From assembly GCA_038870635.1 (NCBI GenBank), contig JAVZJR010000001.1, positions 10,698 through 74,697 on the forward strand: a DNA stretch of 64,000 nucleotides. The letters run 5' to 3'. Under the pieces are notes generated by a model that saw only the letters and a list, made by a program, of their open reading frames with translations, was not told the DNA's origin and searched no databases. This stretch comes from Candidatus Bilamarchaeaceae archaeon (GTDB taxonomy: Archaea > Micrarchaeota > Micrarchaeia > Anstonellales > Bilamarchaeaceae). Each line of letters opens with the position of its first letter. Within the stretch, counting starts at the first letter, position 1. Made by a program: the position numbers and the translations under genes. This document shows positions 1 to 9,574 of the stretch, piece after piece.

Positions 1-878
1 ACTTTTGAATTAGGATCGCAGTTAAGCATTGCTTTTCCAATCTCGCTGTTTAAATCTCCTTCTTTCCAAAGAATAGGTATACGATATGTTTGAGCAACTT
101 TGGGTGAAGGAAGATGTGTTATTATCATCTCTAAAAGAACTTCATCTAAAGGACTTCGTTCAACAAGATATTTATGATCACCTTCAATACATTTTTGATA
201 CATCTCTTTAAATGTTATATTAAACTTTTTCATGGAGTTAACAGATAAAGCCCACTTGTTGAATGCTGTTCCAAATGCAACATTTCCTTTATTCACATCT
301 ATTAGCCATTCTTCTTTTTTGTCAGGGGGCGCATTGGCAGCTATTATCTTATTTACTTGCATTATTATCTTCAAAAATCTTTCTTGCATCTGTTTTGAAT
401 CAAGTTTAAGTTCATTTATGAGACGATCTATCTTATTTATAAAAAGGACTGGCTTTGCTCTTTCCTTAAGAGCCTGACGAAGGTTTGTTTCTGTTTGTGG
501 CATAACACCTTCTACTGCATCAACAACAAGACAAATACCATCAACTGCTCTCATAGCCCTTACCACGTGAAAACCAAAATCAACGTGGCCGGGTGTATCA
601 ATTAAATTAATAAGATAATTTTTGCCCTCAAATGTAAAACCCAATGATACATTAGCAGATTTTATTGTGATCCCTCTTGCTTGTTCCTGTTCATCAAAAT
701 CTGTCCATCTTTGCTCACCCGCAAGTTCCTTATTTATTAAGCCTGCGCGCGCGATTAAGCTATCGGTTAGTGTTGATTTTCCATGATCAACATGTGCTAC
801 TATTGCAACATTTCTAACATTATCTATATTGTCCATCATCTTTTGTACTTCTTCAACTACAACTTCTTTTCTCGCCAT
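1..878 (-). CDS. fusA: Translation elongation factor 2 (aEF-2), N-terminal part; runs off the window start
   Basis: Not in ORF track. Manual translation from ATG at 878: MARKEVVVEEVQKMMDNIDNVRNVAIVAHVDHGKSTL...RGITIKSAN...DTPGHVDF...INKIDR (G1-G4 motifs); follows uS12-uS7. Confidence 0.97.
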   Translation of the reverse strand, partial: MARKEVVVEEVQKMMDNIDNVRNVAIVAHVDHGKSTLTDSLIARAGLINKELAGEQRWTDFDEQEQARGITIKSANVSLGFTFEGKNYLINLIDTPGHVDFGFHVVRAMRAVDGICLVVDAVEGVMPQTETNLRQALKERAKPVLFINKIDRLINELKLDSKQMQERFLKIIMQVNKIIAANAPPDKKEEWLIDVNKGNVAFGTAFNKWALSVNSMKKFNITFKEMYQKCIEGDHKYLVERSPLDEVLLEMIITHLPSPKVAQTYRIPILWKEGDLNSEIGKAMLNCDPNSK

Positions 879-903
879 ATTTCATCCCACCAAAAATAAA
901 AAG

Positions 904-1518
904 CTATCTGGCGCTTCTTGCGATGCGCTCAATCTCGTCTTTTTTCTTTATAGCATAACTATTCTGTAAATCACCTTTAGCGGTGTAAATAATTTCATCT
1001 GCTAAAGAGTTTTGAAGTTTTTTCTTTTTACCAAAAGAACCCATCAACGCAGCTAAGGTAATATTTCTTAAAGCCAAATCCAATCTTCTTGTCGCAGAAA
1101 CATCTACTGCAACCTGATAAGTGACCCCACCATAAGAAACACGAGTAACATCTTCGTTAGGTGCGGCGTTTTCTAAAGCACGGATTAGAACTTGTAATGG
1201 GTTTTCTTTTGTTTTTTCTTCTACAATAGCAAAAGCCTCTTCAACAATTCGCATCATTCTTAGTTTTTTTCCTTGTAGTCTACCGTGTGTTCTTATTACC
1301 TTTCCAGAAGTTTTTTCCCCTGTACCTCCTCTTAAAAGTTTATTTATAAGGCGTTCAACAACATTTACACCAATCTTTCCAAAATGCTTCTTTTTATGAC
1401 GGGCAGAAGTATGTGGAACGCTGATCGGATTAAGAGAAATCACTTGTGCCAAACTTTTGTCATTTATTACAAGATTATCAAAAGGATATTTACCGAAAAG
1501 TTTATCCATAAACATCAC
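904..1518 (-). CDS. rps7: 30S ribosomal protein uS7 (true start may be 1515 or 1509)
   Basis: [37 protein letters not shown]; str-operon position. Confidence 0.97.
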   Translation of the reverse strand: MMFMDKLFGKYPFDNLVINDKSLAQVISLNPISVPHTSARHKKKHFGKIGVNVVERLINKLLRGGTGEKTSGKVIRTHGRLQGKKLRMMRIVEEAFAIVEEKTKENPLQVLIRALENAAPNEDVTRVSYGGVTYQVAVDVSATRRLDLALRNITLAALMGSFGKKKKLQNSLADEIIYTAKGDLQNSYAIKKKDEIERIARSAR

Positions 1519-1955
1519 CTCTTAGGCTTCTCCTTCTTACCCTTTCTAAGCATTTGAAGATCAGCATTGTTAACAGCCACTACTTTATACCTCACACCAG
1601 GAATAGAACCCATCTGCCCTCTTTGAGAACCACCAAGACCTGCTATTATCACTTCATCATGCTCATCTATAAAAGAAATACTCTTATCTCTAACTGCGTG
1701 GGCGCTTACTATCTTCCCATTTTTCACCAATTGCACTTTTACACATTTGACTAACCCTGAGTGCGGCTGCTTTTGTTCAAGCACGATCTTTTCTAAAACG
1801 ATTCCCCGTGCTTGCGGTGCACCTTCGAGTGGGTCAAACTTTTCCTTTAAGCGAAGTGTTTTTCTTTTAAAGCGCTTTGACAACCACCTTCTCTTTTTTC
1901 TATTTCGCAATAGGTTAGTGCCTGCAAATTCCCCATTTTTACCTTTCTTACTCAT
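1515..1955 (-). CDS. rps12: 30S ribosomal protein uS12 (archaeal S12/S23 type)
   Basis: [41 protein letters not shown]. Confidence 0.96.
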   Translation of the reverse strand: MSKKGKNGEFAGTNLLRNRKKRRWLSKRFKRKTLRLKEKFDPLEGAPQARGIVLEKIVLEQKQPHSGLVKCVKVQLVKNGKIVSAHAVRDKSISFIDEHDEVIIAGLGGSQRGQMGSIPGVRYKVVAVNNADLQMLRKGKKEKPKR

Positions 1956-2073
1956 GAATCCACCTTAAGTAAACCAACTTATATGTAAAAGTCGTAGTTT
2001 TATTTTGTTGCTGGCGAGGATTTATAAATATTGCTTTTTTGATTTAAGCATTATAAAAGTAGATGGTGAAAAA

Positions 2074-2700
2074 ATGGTGAAAAAATTGTTTTTTGTGATA
2101 GCAGTTTTGTTTATGTTATTTTTAACTGGATGTATTCAAATACCTCAACAAAACTCAACAAATTGGAATAACACGGCCTTACAAATGGAAAATTGCAGAC
2201 TTGTAGAGCAAGAAATACCTTACACTGAACTTGTTTGCGAAAACCAAACAGAAACACAACAGGAATGCACCATGAGGGAGTTAAGTTACAAAACCGGCAG
2301 CATACAAGAATATGACATATGCATGACAGGTAATGGTTGTAGTGGAAAAAACCTAAGCCTATGCCAAAATGTTTGCACACAAGCAAATAAAAGATGTGTA
2401 ATTGAAATAACAAATACTGATAAAGTAAATGGAAGATGGACGGTTGGCGCAACTTTTGTACAAGGAAGCGCGGTCTTTGTTAAAAATCCGCAAACGCAAG
2501 AGATAAAACCTGGAGAAACAAAAAAATTTGATTTTATTCACATCTATAATATAGAAAAGGGAAGATTAACTACTACTACGTGTACCCTGCAAGTTATCTA
2601 TCCTGCAACAACAGAAGAATGCAAATCCATAAGCAAACAAGTCGAAGTGTGTAAGGAAGTTAAAAAAACTAAAATAGAAGAAAAAGAAATCTGCGATTAG
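2074..2700 (+). CDS. Cys-rich predicted lipoprotein, unknown function
   Basis: MVKK + hydrophobic stretch + FLTGC lipobox; GGTGA SD-like sequence before ATG 2074; many Cys/Thr. Confidence 0.7.
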   Translation: MVKKLFFVIAVLFMLFLTGCIQIPQQNSTNWNNTALQMENCRLVEQEIPYTELVCENQTETQQECTMRELSYKTGSIQEYDICMTGNGCSGKNLSLCQNVCTQANKRCVIEITNTDKVNGRWTVGATFVQGSAVFVKNPQTQEIKPGETKKFDFIHIYNIEKGRLTTTTCTLQVIYPATTEECKSISKQVEVCKEVKKTKIEEKEICD

Positions 2701-2709
2701 GGTTAAAGA

Positions 2710-3861
2710 ATGGAAGATAAACACCTCGTAGTTGTCCATTACTCTGAAATCGCTCTAAAAGGGCAAAACAGGGTTATTTTTGAGAAGGCACTACTAAACA
2801 ACATATTAAAAAAAATTAATGGCATACCTTACGAAAAAATAGAAAAAAAAGCGACCAGATTTTTCATAAGATTAAAAGAAAAAGATGATGCGGATTTAGT
2901 ATGCGAAAAGTTAAGAAAAGTATTTGGAGTTAAGTGGTTCTCACCCGCGATTTCTGTAGAAAAAGAAATCAATAAAATAGAAAACGAAGTCAAAAAGATA
3001 GCAGAGCAATACAAAAACAAAAAAATCAAAATAGAAACTAAAAGAGTAGATAAAAAATTCCCCCTCACTTCTTTAGAGATAAGTAAAAGAGTAGCTAAAA
3101 CACTCGAAAAGAATGGTTTTTACACCGAGCTAAAAAATCCAGATGTAAAAATAATAATAGAAATACTAGAAAATGAAGCCATAATAGCATACAAAAAAAT
3201 AGAAGGAGAAGGCGGGCTTCCAGTCGGAACTACCGGCAAAGTGCTCTGTCTTTTTTCAGGAGGCATAGATTCACCAGTAGCAGCCTGGCTTATGATGAGG
3301 AGAGGTTGCCATGTTGATCTTTTACATATTCATACTATGCCAAATGATGAGAAGATAAAAGATAGCAAAATAAACAAAATAAGAAATGTATTAGAAGAAT
3401 ATTCAAATGAGAAGATTTTACTATATCTTGCACCTTATGATGAATTTTACGCTACTTCATCTGTTTTTCCTCAAAAAGAAGAAGCAGTTATGTTTAGGAG
3501 ATTTATAGTTATGCTTGCTAACAAAATAGCAGATAGAGATGGATATCTTGGCCTAGTGATGGGAGATAATTTAGCACAAGTAGCATCACAGACCTTGAAT
3601 AATATTGCTGTGGTAGATGAGGTTTCAAAAATTCCAATTTACCGCCCTCTCCTCACCATGAGCAAAGAAGAAATAATAAAATTAGCACAAAAAATAGGAA
3701 CTTATGAACTATCAATCGAGAAATATAAAGATTGCTGCTCTCTCGTTGCACATAAACATCCGGCAACACGAGCAAATAAAAAAATAATAGAAGAAGCAGA
3801 AAAAAAAGCTAGGATGGAAGTAATAGTAGAAAAAACATTAGAAAAATTATCTAAGATTTAA
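2710..3861 (+). CDS. thiI: tRNA 4-thiouridine synthase (THUMP + PP-loop, no rhodanese domain)
   Basis: YSEIALKGQNR, GGLPVGT, SGGIDS, QVASQTL, IYRPL, DCC. Confidence 0.93.
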   Translation: MEDKHLVVVHYSEIALKGQNRVIFEKALLNNILKKINGIPYEKIEKKATRFFIRLKEKDDADLVCEKLRKVFGVKWFSPAISVEKEINKIENEVKKIAEQYKNKKIKIETKRVDKKFPLTSLEISKRVAKTLEKNGFYTELKNPDVKIIIEILENEAIIAYKKIEGEGGLPVGTTGKVLCLFSGGIDSPVAAWLMMRRGCHVDLLHIHTMPNDEKIKDSKINKIRNVLEEYSNEKILLYLAPYDEFYATSSVFPQKEEAVMFRRFIVMLANKIADRDGYLGLVMGDNLAQVASQTLNNIAVVDEVSKIPIYRPLLTMSKEEIIKLAQKIGTYELSIEKYKDCCSLVAHKHPATRANKKIIEEAEKKARMEVIVEKTLEKLSKI

Positions 3862-4842
3862 TTATCTCTCTAATACCCAAGAACATTGATCATAACTTTG
3901 CCAAAAACCAGAGAGAAAAAGCTTCAGATAACCAAGATAAGGAATACGAGCGATTACTTTTCCTTTTACATCATTTGAGGACGGAGGGCGATTTCCGATC
4001 CCTGTTGTCTTATCATATATTTGACTGTCTAAAACAGGATTATTATCCCCTGCAGTGAGGTAATAAACTTCATCATCAACAATTATCTTTGCAACACTTC
4101 TATGAACGATATCTCCCACCGCCCCGTAAAAATCAGTTCTGCGGGGGGTGTAAACAATTATATCATTTTTCTTGTTTGGCACTTTTAGGCGCTTACCCTT
4201 TATATCGATGTAGTCGATGCATCGCATAGACGCTTTTATGTGAGAACCGATATAATTGACATTACATAACTTATAATGATATGTAGCAGGCCCTGCAACC
4301 TCTATAAATTCATCATTCGTCATAAAATAAAGATTACAAATTTTCTCATTTGGGTTGTAATAACAATAATTGTTGAATGGTTTGCTAAAAGTATAGTTTT
4401 GTCCCTTGTATGAAACAATAAAAGGACCATTTACTAATTGCTCAAACTCATTCTTTGTCAAGTGCACTTCTGGTGCGTTGATATCCGCCCCTTGAACTAT
4501 AACAAAATCTCCACGTTGTAAATCATTAAGCATACTACATGAAACAACTGCTGAGATAGGGGAATGTGTATTTAAGATCCATTGGGCACCAAACCACAGC
4601 AATAAGGCGAGTATTATACCTATTACTGTATCAAGAATCTCCTTTTTCCAACCGTGCTTTTTTGCTCCCTCACTAACCTCAAGACCAACAAAAAAAATCA
4701 TTTCTAAAAATATAACCAAACCAGCGACAACGTCAAGCCATGCAGCAGTTGGTAAAAAAAATTTTAACACTACATATGTAAAAAGAGAAAGAAGTATAAT
4801 AATTAAACCAATATTTTTTTTTACTTCCTCTTCGATTTTCAT
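3862..4842 (-). CDS. Signal peptidase I (Sec11/S26B type) with extra TM segments and a large extracellular insertion
   Basis: VVSCSM..LQRGD (Ser), IVHR (His), AGDNN, GKVIARIPYLG. Confidence 0.85.
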   Translation of the reverse strand: MKIEEEVKKNIGLIIILLSLFTYVVLKFFLPTAAWLDVVAGLVIFLEMIFFVGLEVSEGAKKHGWKKEILDTVIGIILALLLWFGAQWILNTHSPISAVVSCSMLNDLQRGDFVIVQGADINAPEVHLTKNEFEQLVNGPFIVSYKGQNYTFSKPFNNYCYYNPNEKICNLYFMTNDEFIEVAGPATYHYKLCNVNYIGSHIKASMRCIDYIDIKGKRLKVPNKKNDIIVYTPRRTDFYGAVGDIVHRSVAKIIVDDEVYYLTAGDNNPVLDSQIYDKTTGIGNRPPSSNDVKGKVIARIPYLGYLKLFLSGFWQSYDQCSWVLER

Positions 4843-4861
4843 TTTAATCAGATTTTAAAAA

Positions 4862-5137
4862 TTATTTAATAAGTTGTTGAAATTTTTTCTTAAATTCATC
4901 AGTTTCTTCTTCTATTTCTTCAAGAGCCTTAATAGTAACATCTGCAGCGGAAACCCCTTTTGTTTTTACTATTATTTTTTGACCTCCTATTAAAGGATGC
5001 TCTCTTTTGGTAGCGGCAAATTCAACACCGTTCTTTGAATTAAGCTTTTCAACTAGATAGTAAATCAAAGAAGCGTCAATATCTGTAATTTCCATTTCTA
5101 TGTGATTTTTTTCTTTAACCAAAAACTTAACTGCCAT
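4862..5137 (-). CDS. rpoL: RNA polymerase subunit Rpo11 (L)
   Basis: 91 aa; VEFAATKREHPL motif. Confidence 0.85.
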   Translation of the reverse strand: MAVKFLVKEKNHIEMEITDIDASLIYYLVEKLNSKNGVEFAATKREHPLIGGQKIIVKTKGVSAADVTIKALEEIEEETDEFKKKFQQLIK

Positions 5138-5191
5138 TATAAATCACCTTGCGAGTACTTTTTCTTAATAACATAATTATTAAAAATACCT

Positions 5192-5221
5192 TGCTTACGT
5201 TCAGGGTGCTTACGTTCAGGG
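5192..5221. repeat. Perfect 15-bp tandem duplication (TGCTTACGTTCAGGG x2)
   Basis: Copies at 5192-5206 and 5207-5221; the second contains the XPF stop codon. Confidence 0.9.
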
Positions 5222-5884
5222 ATCGTCTTTTGGGTTGTATTCGTAATCAATTAAAGAACGAATAATTTTTGCTCTTTTTTCACCTAATTTTTCAACTTTT
5301 TTTAGCTCTTCTTCACTAGCATTTATAACAGCGCGAACAGAACCAAAATGAGACAAAAGAGTGCGTGCGAGTTTTGGCCCAACCATCGGTAAAGATTCTA
5401 TAACTGCTCTTTGATTTTGTGAGGGAGTGAGGCTTTTTCTTTTGGCAAAAATACGAAGGGACAAAGGCTTTGCCAATTGAGCGTGCTTTGCAAGATGAAA
5501 AATTATATTTGCGCTTTCATTCAAATCTTTTGAAAAAAACAATGGAACACCGAAATCAGAAAGCACTGCCGCATACGCACCCATTACTGCTTCTTTTCTG
5601 ATTATACCAGCATCGCTTTCTCCTTCAATTAAAAGAACAGGATGGGAAAAATTTTCAACTAAATTTTTTAATTGTGTGAAGAGCCTGCCATCGATTATAG
5701 AAACTTCAAAGTCTTCTCTAGTTTTTCTCTCTATTGCAATGTTTTCAGAACACAAAAAATCGCCAACTTCAAGTTGTTTTATCTCTACCTCGGCCCCAAA
5801 CATATTTAAGATATTAACAAAATCTGGAGGCTCTCTTCTGTCAATTACTATTTTAGGTTTCTTTATCTCACTCAACTTACCCAC
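5216..5884 (-). CDS. xpf: XPF/ERCC4 structure-specific nuclease, short form (nuclease + HhH2, no helicase)
   Basis: IDRRE, VGDF...IERKT..DF, LPMVGPKLA..LL.HFGS, EKLGEKRA. Confidence 0.92.
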   Translation of the reverse strand: MGKLSEIKKPKIVIDRREPPDFVNILNMFGAEVEIKQLEVGDFLCSENIAIERKTREDFEVSIIDGRLFTQLKNLVENFSHPVLLIEGESDAGIIRKEAVMGAYAAVLSDFGVPLFFSKDLNESANIIFHLAKHAQLAKPLSLRIFAKRKSLTPSQNQRAVIESLPMVGPKLARTLLSHFGSVRAVINASEEELKKVEKLGEKRAKIIRSLIDYEYNPKDDP

Positions 5885-6558
5885 CGAACATAAGAGAGAA
5901 TTTCATCAAAGCTAATACTGCAACCATTAAATCTAAATGAGTATAAAGTTGCTTCGAGCATTTCCTTTTCAAGGTCACCATACTTGCTAAAAAATCCATT
6001 TTCATAACCAAGAATAAGCAATTCACTACTACGAAAAGCATTAAGACCGCGAGTATATTTAGAAAAATCCTCCATGTTAGTCTTATTAACCATTATATTG
6101 ACTTTTAGTTCATCTTCCATGTGCTCCTTTAGTCTAAATGGTGCTTCTATAAGCATTCTAGTGGTTCGCTCGTCAAGAACTATGCTTTCTGCACCTATTT
6201 CTTTAGCAAGAGCTATCATTTCTGTTTCACCCACGTCAACTAAATGAAGTGGTTTCCCTCTCGCATAAAAAAGATTATTGCCAACATTTAAGAGGTGGTC
6301 TCGAACATGAGTTAACTCATCAACGCGCATAATAACGATAACTTTATCTTCAATAGCTTTTTTTATCTTGAGAGCAGATTGCATATATTTTTTTATTCCC
6401 TTTCTCAACGGATACAAGACAACTTCTTCCTCTACGCTCGGTGGAATAACAAAGGTGATATTAAATTTATTTTTATAAAAATAAAGCAAATCAGAAGCAC
6501 AGGATGCGGTAAGAGTTATCAAAGACCCAGAATCACAAACCACATATCTTTCTTTCAT
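5872..6558 (-). CDS. PIN-like domain protein (DUF3368-like)
   Basis: VVCDSGSLI, IPPSVEEE, DVGETEMIALA, VLDERTTR match the PIN acidic tetrad layout. Confidence 0.7.
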   Translation of the reverse strand: MKERYVVCDSGSLITLTASCASDLLYFYKNKFNITFVIPPSVEEEVVLYPLRKGIKKYMQSALKIKKAIEDKVIVIMRVDELTHVRDHLLNVGNNLFYARGKPLHLVDVGETEMIALAKEIGAESIVLDERTTRMLIEAPFRLKEHMEDELKVNIMVNKTNMEDFSKYTRGLNAFRSSELLILGYENGFFSKYGDLEKEMLEATLYSFRFNGCSISFDEILSYVRWVS

Positions 6559-6568
6559 AATATCGCTC

Positions 6569-7114
6569 CTACTCTAAAAGTTTTCTAACTTTCTTTACTC
6601 TTTCACGAATGTCGACCTCTTCTTTTAATCTATCGAACATCATGCTGTCGCCCGCATACTTTTGGATTTCTTGTTGACCAACTCCACTAATTTCAGCAGC
6701 CAAACCAAGCGACACACCTTTAGCATAAAGTGTGGCCGCACACTTAACTCTTCCTTTGGTTAAAAGTCCTAAAAAGAAACGTTTGTCTTGTGCTTCCATA
6801 CTATTTACTATGACCTCAATTTTACGAAGCAACTCCAAAAATTCCTCATCTGTTTTTTTGCCGACACCACTTTCTATTTGTTTTAGGATGCCTTCTATCT
6901 TAACTAATTCTTTTTCATATTTATCTGTTAAAAAACGCGGCTTAGAGATTATTTTCGAGAGAACATAAGTAATAACGCTAAACTCAAAAAAAAGTTTGCT
7001 ACTTCGCATGATGCTTTCTGATAAAAAATCATCCTGTATTTTTCTTAATTTTTTCTCATTTCTTTTCTTGAAATTATTATAAAGTCCGGCTACAAGCTCG
7101 TGAAAAACCACCAA
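6569..7114 (-). CDS. Helical protein with C-terminal UPF0175-like HTH
   Basis: LYAKGVSLGLAAEISGV resembles the UPF0175 HTH; 10 bp upstream of the PIN gene. Confidence 0.55.
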   Translation of the reverse strand: MVVFHELVAGLYNNFKKRNEKKLRKIQDDFLSESIMRSSKLFFEFSVITYVLSKIISKPRFLTDKYEKELVKIEGILKQIESGVGKKTDEEFLELLRKIEVIVNSMEAQDKRFFLGLLTKGRVKCAATLYAKGVSLGLAAEISGVGQQEIQKYAGDSMMFDRLKEEVDIRERVKKVRKLLE

Positions 7115-7156
7115 ACCACAACCGATTAAACGTCGATAAAAATAATGATAAACGAT

Positions 7157-7250
7157 ATATTTATAAATATTATCATGATATTATCATGACAGTTGCGTGA
7201 TCTTAGCGCAACGTTGTCATTGCAGTGGAGCGAAATCCCATGTAGAGGTG
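7157..7250 (+). promoter_or_regulatory. Divergent promoter with palindromic TATA, palindromic operator-like repeats and structured leader
   Basis: ATATTTATAAATAT palindrome (7157-7170); TATCATGATA palindrome (7171-7180) then TATCATGAC; hairpins 7186-7220 and 7221-7244; GAGGTGA SD before ATG 7258. Confidence 0.6.
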
Positions 7251-7257
7251 ATCATTT

Positions 7258-7701
7258 ATGGATGATAATAACAAAGATAAAATATATAAATCTAACGCAC
7301 ACGCAAGCAACAACAGTGGCATAAACTACGAAATAGAACGAGATATACAAGCAAACCTTGACAAGTTTCGAGACCCTATAATTTTAGGAGAACTTGTTTA
7401 CAAGCTCCTAGAGGAACGAGAAAACACAAACAGAATATTAAAAAACTTACTTGCAAAAATTGAAGCCCTAGAACAAAAATTAGAAAGCAAAGAGATAAAC
7501 GAAGAGGAACTACTTGTGCCAGAGATAGATGAAAAAATAATAGAATTCGTAAAGCAAAGGCAAAGAGTAACGGCCGAGGATGTTAGAGTACAATTTGGCT
7601 ATAAAGGTAAAAACGCTGCATCATCGAGGCTTAATCGATTGTGCGATATGGGTATATTAAAAAAGAAACAAGTCGGGAAGAAAGTTTTTTTCTTCCTTTG
7701 A
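7258..7701 (+). CDS. Coiled-coil + winged-HTH DNA-binding protein
   Basis: Central heptad repeat; C-terminal DEKIIEFVK...VTAEDV...AASSRLNRLCDMGILKKKQVGKKVFF. Confidence 0.75.
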   Translation: MDDNNKDKIYKSNAHASNNSGINYEIERDIQANLDKFRDPIILGELVYKLLEERENTNRILKNLLAKIEALEQKLESKEINEEELLVPEIDEKIIEFVKQRQRVTAEDVRVQFGYKGKNAASSRLNRLCDMGILKKKQVGKKVFFFL

Positions 7702-7716
7702 ATTTTTTGCTTATTA

Positions 7717-7899
7717 AGGCAAGGCAGAGGACGGCAAGCCAAAAACTCCCGCCTCTCAACCCCCCTATTTTTATTATTTGGCTGCCGGCCTCTCCACTAT
7801 CCTCCCACCAGAAACCCCTCTGGGGTTTCTAATATTAATTTAGGCAAGGCGATAAGAGTCGCGCGTCCTCCCATAAACCCAAACGCGACTCTTTCTATC
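7717..7899 (-). ncRNA. Candidate structured RNA (three hairpins, GGGAG motifs) downstream of EF-1A
   Basis: Inverted repeats 7726-7743/7777-7793, 7810-7818/7822-7830, 7855-7863/7884-7892; AGGCAAGGC direct repeat at 7717 and 7842; motif shared with 10321-10368. Confidence 0.55.
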
Positions 7900-7976
7900 T
7901 TTTTTAGTTTTTTATTCCAAAGAAAGTAAAGAAATTAAGATAAAGAAAGAAATAGATAAAATTAAAAAATAAAAAA

Positions 7977-9248
7977 TTATTGAGTCTTTGGGGTAACGTT
8001 AAGAACTATACCAGCTGCCACTGTTTGACCCATATCTCTTATGGCAAATCTTCCAAGTGGTGGAAAGTCTTGGAACTTTTCAATAACTACTGGTTTAAGC
8101 GGTTGTACTTTTACAACTGCAACATCACCAGTCTTAATAAAATCTGGTTTTACTTGTGCGGTCTGACCTGTTTTTGGGTCTTTCTTTTCTAGTATTTCAA
8201 TAATCTTACCAGCAAATTGGGCGGTATGAACATGGAAAACAGGTGTATAACCAACTGCTATTGCGGTTGGATGATTAAGAACGACGATTTGTGCAGTAAA
8301 ATCTGCTGCAACTGTTGGGGGATTGTTCGTTGGGCCTATAACATCTCCACGCTTTATATCTTTCTTATCGACATTTTTAAGATTAAAACCAATATTGTCA
8401 CCAGGTACTGCTTGTGGAAGCTCTTTGTGATGCATTTCAATTTTCTTAACTTCACCCTTTACACCAGAAGGCATAACAATAACAGTGTCATTTGGCTTGA
8501 GGACACCTGTTTCTACTCTTCCTACTGGTACAGTACCATGACCAGTAATAGTATAAACATCTTGGATTGGTAATCTCAACGGCTTATCAATTGGTTTTGG
8601 AGGAACCACAAATGTATCTATAACTTCCACTAAAGTAGGTCCATTATACCAAGGCATGTTGGATGATTTTTTAGTTATATTATCACCCATGTAAGCTGAT
8701 GTTGGGACGAACTTGACTTTACTCACATCGTAACCAATACCTTTCAACAACTTTTCAGCCTCTGCTTTTACTTTATCGTACTCTGCTTGGCTATAATTAA
8801 CAGCATCCATCTTATTCAAACTAACTGCGATTTGTGGAACACCAAGAACCTTAGCTAAGAAGGCGTGTTCTTTTGTTTGTGGCTGAATACCATCTTTAAC
8901 AGATACGATAAGAATTGCTGCATCTGCTTGACTTGTACCAGTAATCATGTTCTTAACAAAGTCCCTGTGGCCAGGTGCGTCTATAATAGTGCAATAGTAT
9001 TTTGGTGTTTCGAACTCTCTGTGGGCTACATCAATAGTAACACCACGTTCACGCTCTTCTTTTAAATCGTCCATAACATACGCAAATTCGAAAGTCGCCT
9101 TACCGAGCTTTGCTGCTTCTTCTTTTAGCCTCGCAAGTACTTGCTCGGATATCGCGCCAGTCTCATACAAAATCCTACCAACACTTGTTGACTTACCAGA
9201 GTCAACATGGCCGATAAAGACCAAATTCAAATGCTCTTTCTGTGCCAT
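7977..9248 (-). CDS. tuf: Translation elongation factor 1A (aEF-1alpha)
   Basis: [54 protein letters not shown] upstream of ATG 9248. Confidence 0.98.
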   Translation of the reverse strand: MAQKEHLNLVFIGHVDSGKSTSVGRILYETGAISEQVLARLKEEAAKLGKATFEFAYVMDDLKEERERGVTIDVAHREFETPKYYCTIIDAPGHRDFVKNMITGTSQADAAILIVSVKDGIQPQTKEHAFLAKVLGVPQIAVSLNKMDAVNYSQAEYDKVKAEAEKLLKGIGYDVSKVKFVPTSAYMGDNITKKSSNMPWYNGPTLVEVIDTFVVPPKPIDKPLRLPIQDVYTITGHGTVPVGRVETGVLKPNDTVIVMPSGVKGEVKKIEMHHKELPQAVPGDNIGFNLKNVDKKDIKRGDVIGPTNNPPTVAADFTAQIVVLNHPTAIAVGYTPVFHVHTAQFAGKIIEILEKKDPKTGQTAQVKPDFIKTGDVAVVKVQPLKPVVIEKFQDFPPLGRFAIRDMGQTVAAGIVLNVTPKTQ

Positions 9249-9574
9249 ATACAATACCTCCTCTCGAATATTTTTTACCTTACCAGAATAAGGCTTAAAA
9301 TGAGTTTAAAAAAAAACTTTTATAAAGCTTTCCCTAAATAATTTATATAAGTGGTAAAAAATATATAAAAATGCAATTGAAATGAGAAAAAAGAGGTACG
9401 AATTTTTTGATTTCTTCCATTCTTTCTTTTCTAATCTTTTTATATAAAGGTATATAAGGCCCTTAAAAATAATATATTAAAACTCTGTTAAGTCCTAGAA
9501 ACACTTAGTTGCCGCCAACACTATTCATCATAAACATTAATAAATACTTTTATACACATTATTTCTGTGATTTT

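Noticed and set aside
7641..7832. 63-aa plus-strand ORF
   Set aside because: Overlaps the wHTH gene and the hairpin array; no start context.
7717..7899. CRISPR mini-array, tRNA, 5S, SRP or RNase P RNA
   Set aside because: Repeats are only 9 bp and irregular, no cas genes, and no cloverleaf or family signature seen.
9255..9574. Hidden gene or RNA in the long gap upstream of tuf
   Set aside because: Low-complexity AT-rich sequence with several TATA-like boxes; no stable stem or credible ORF.
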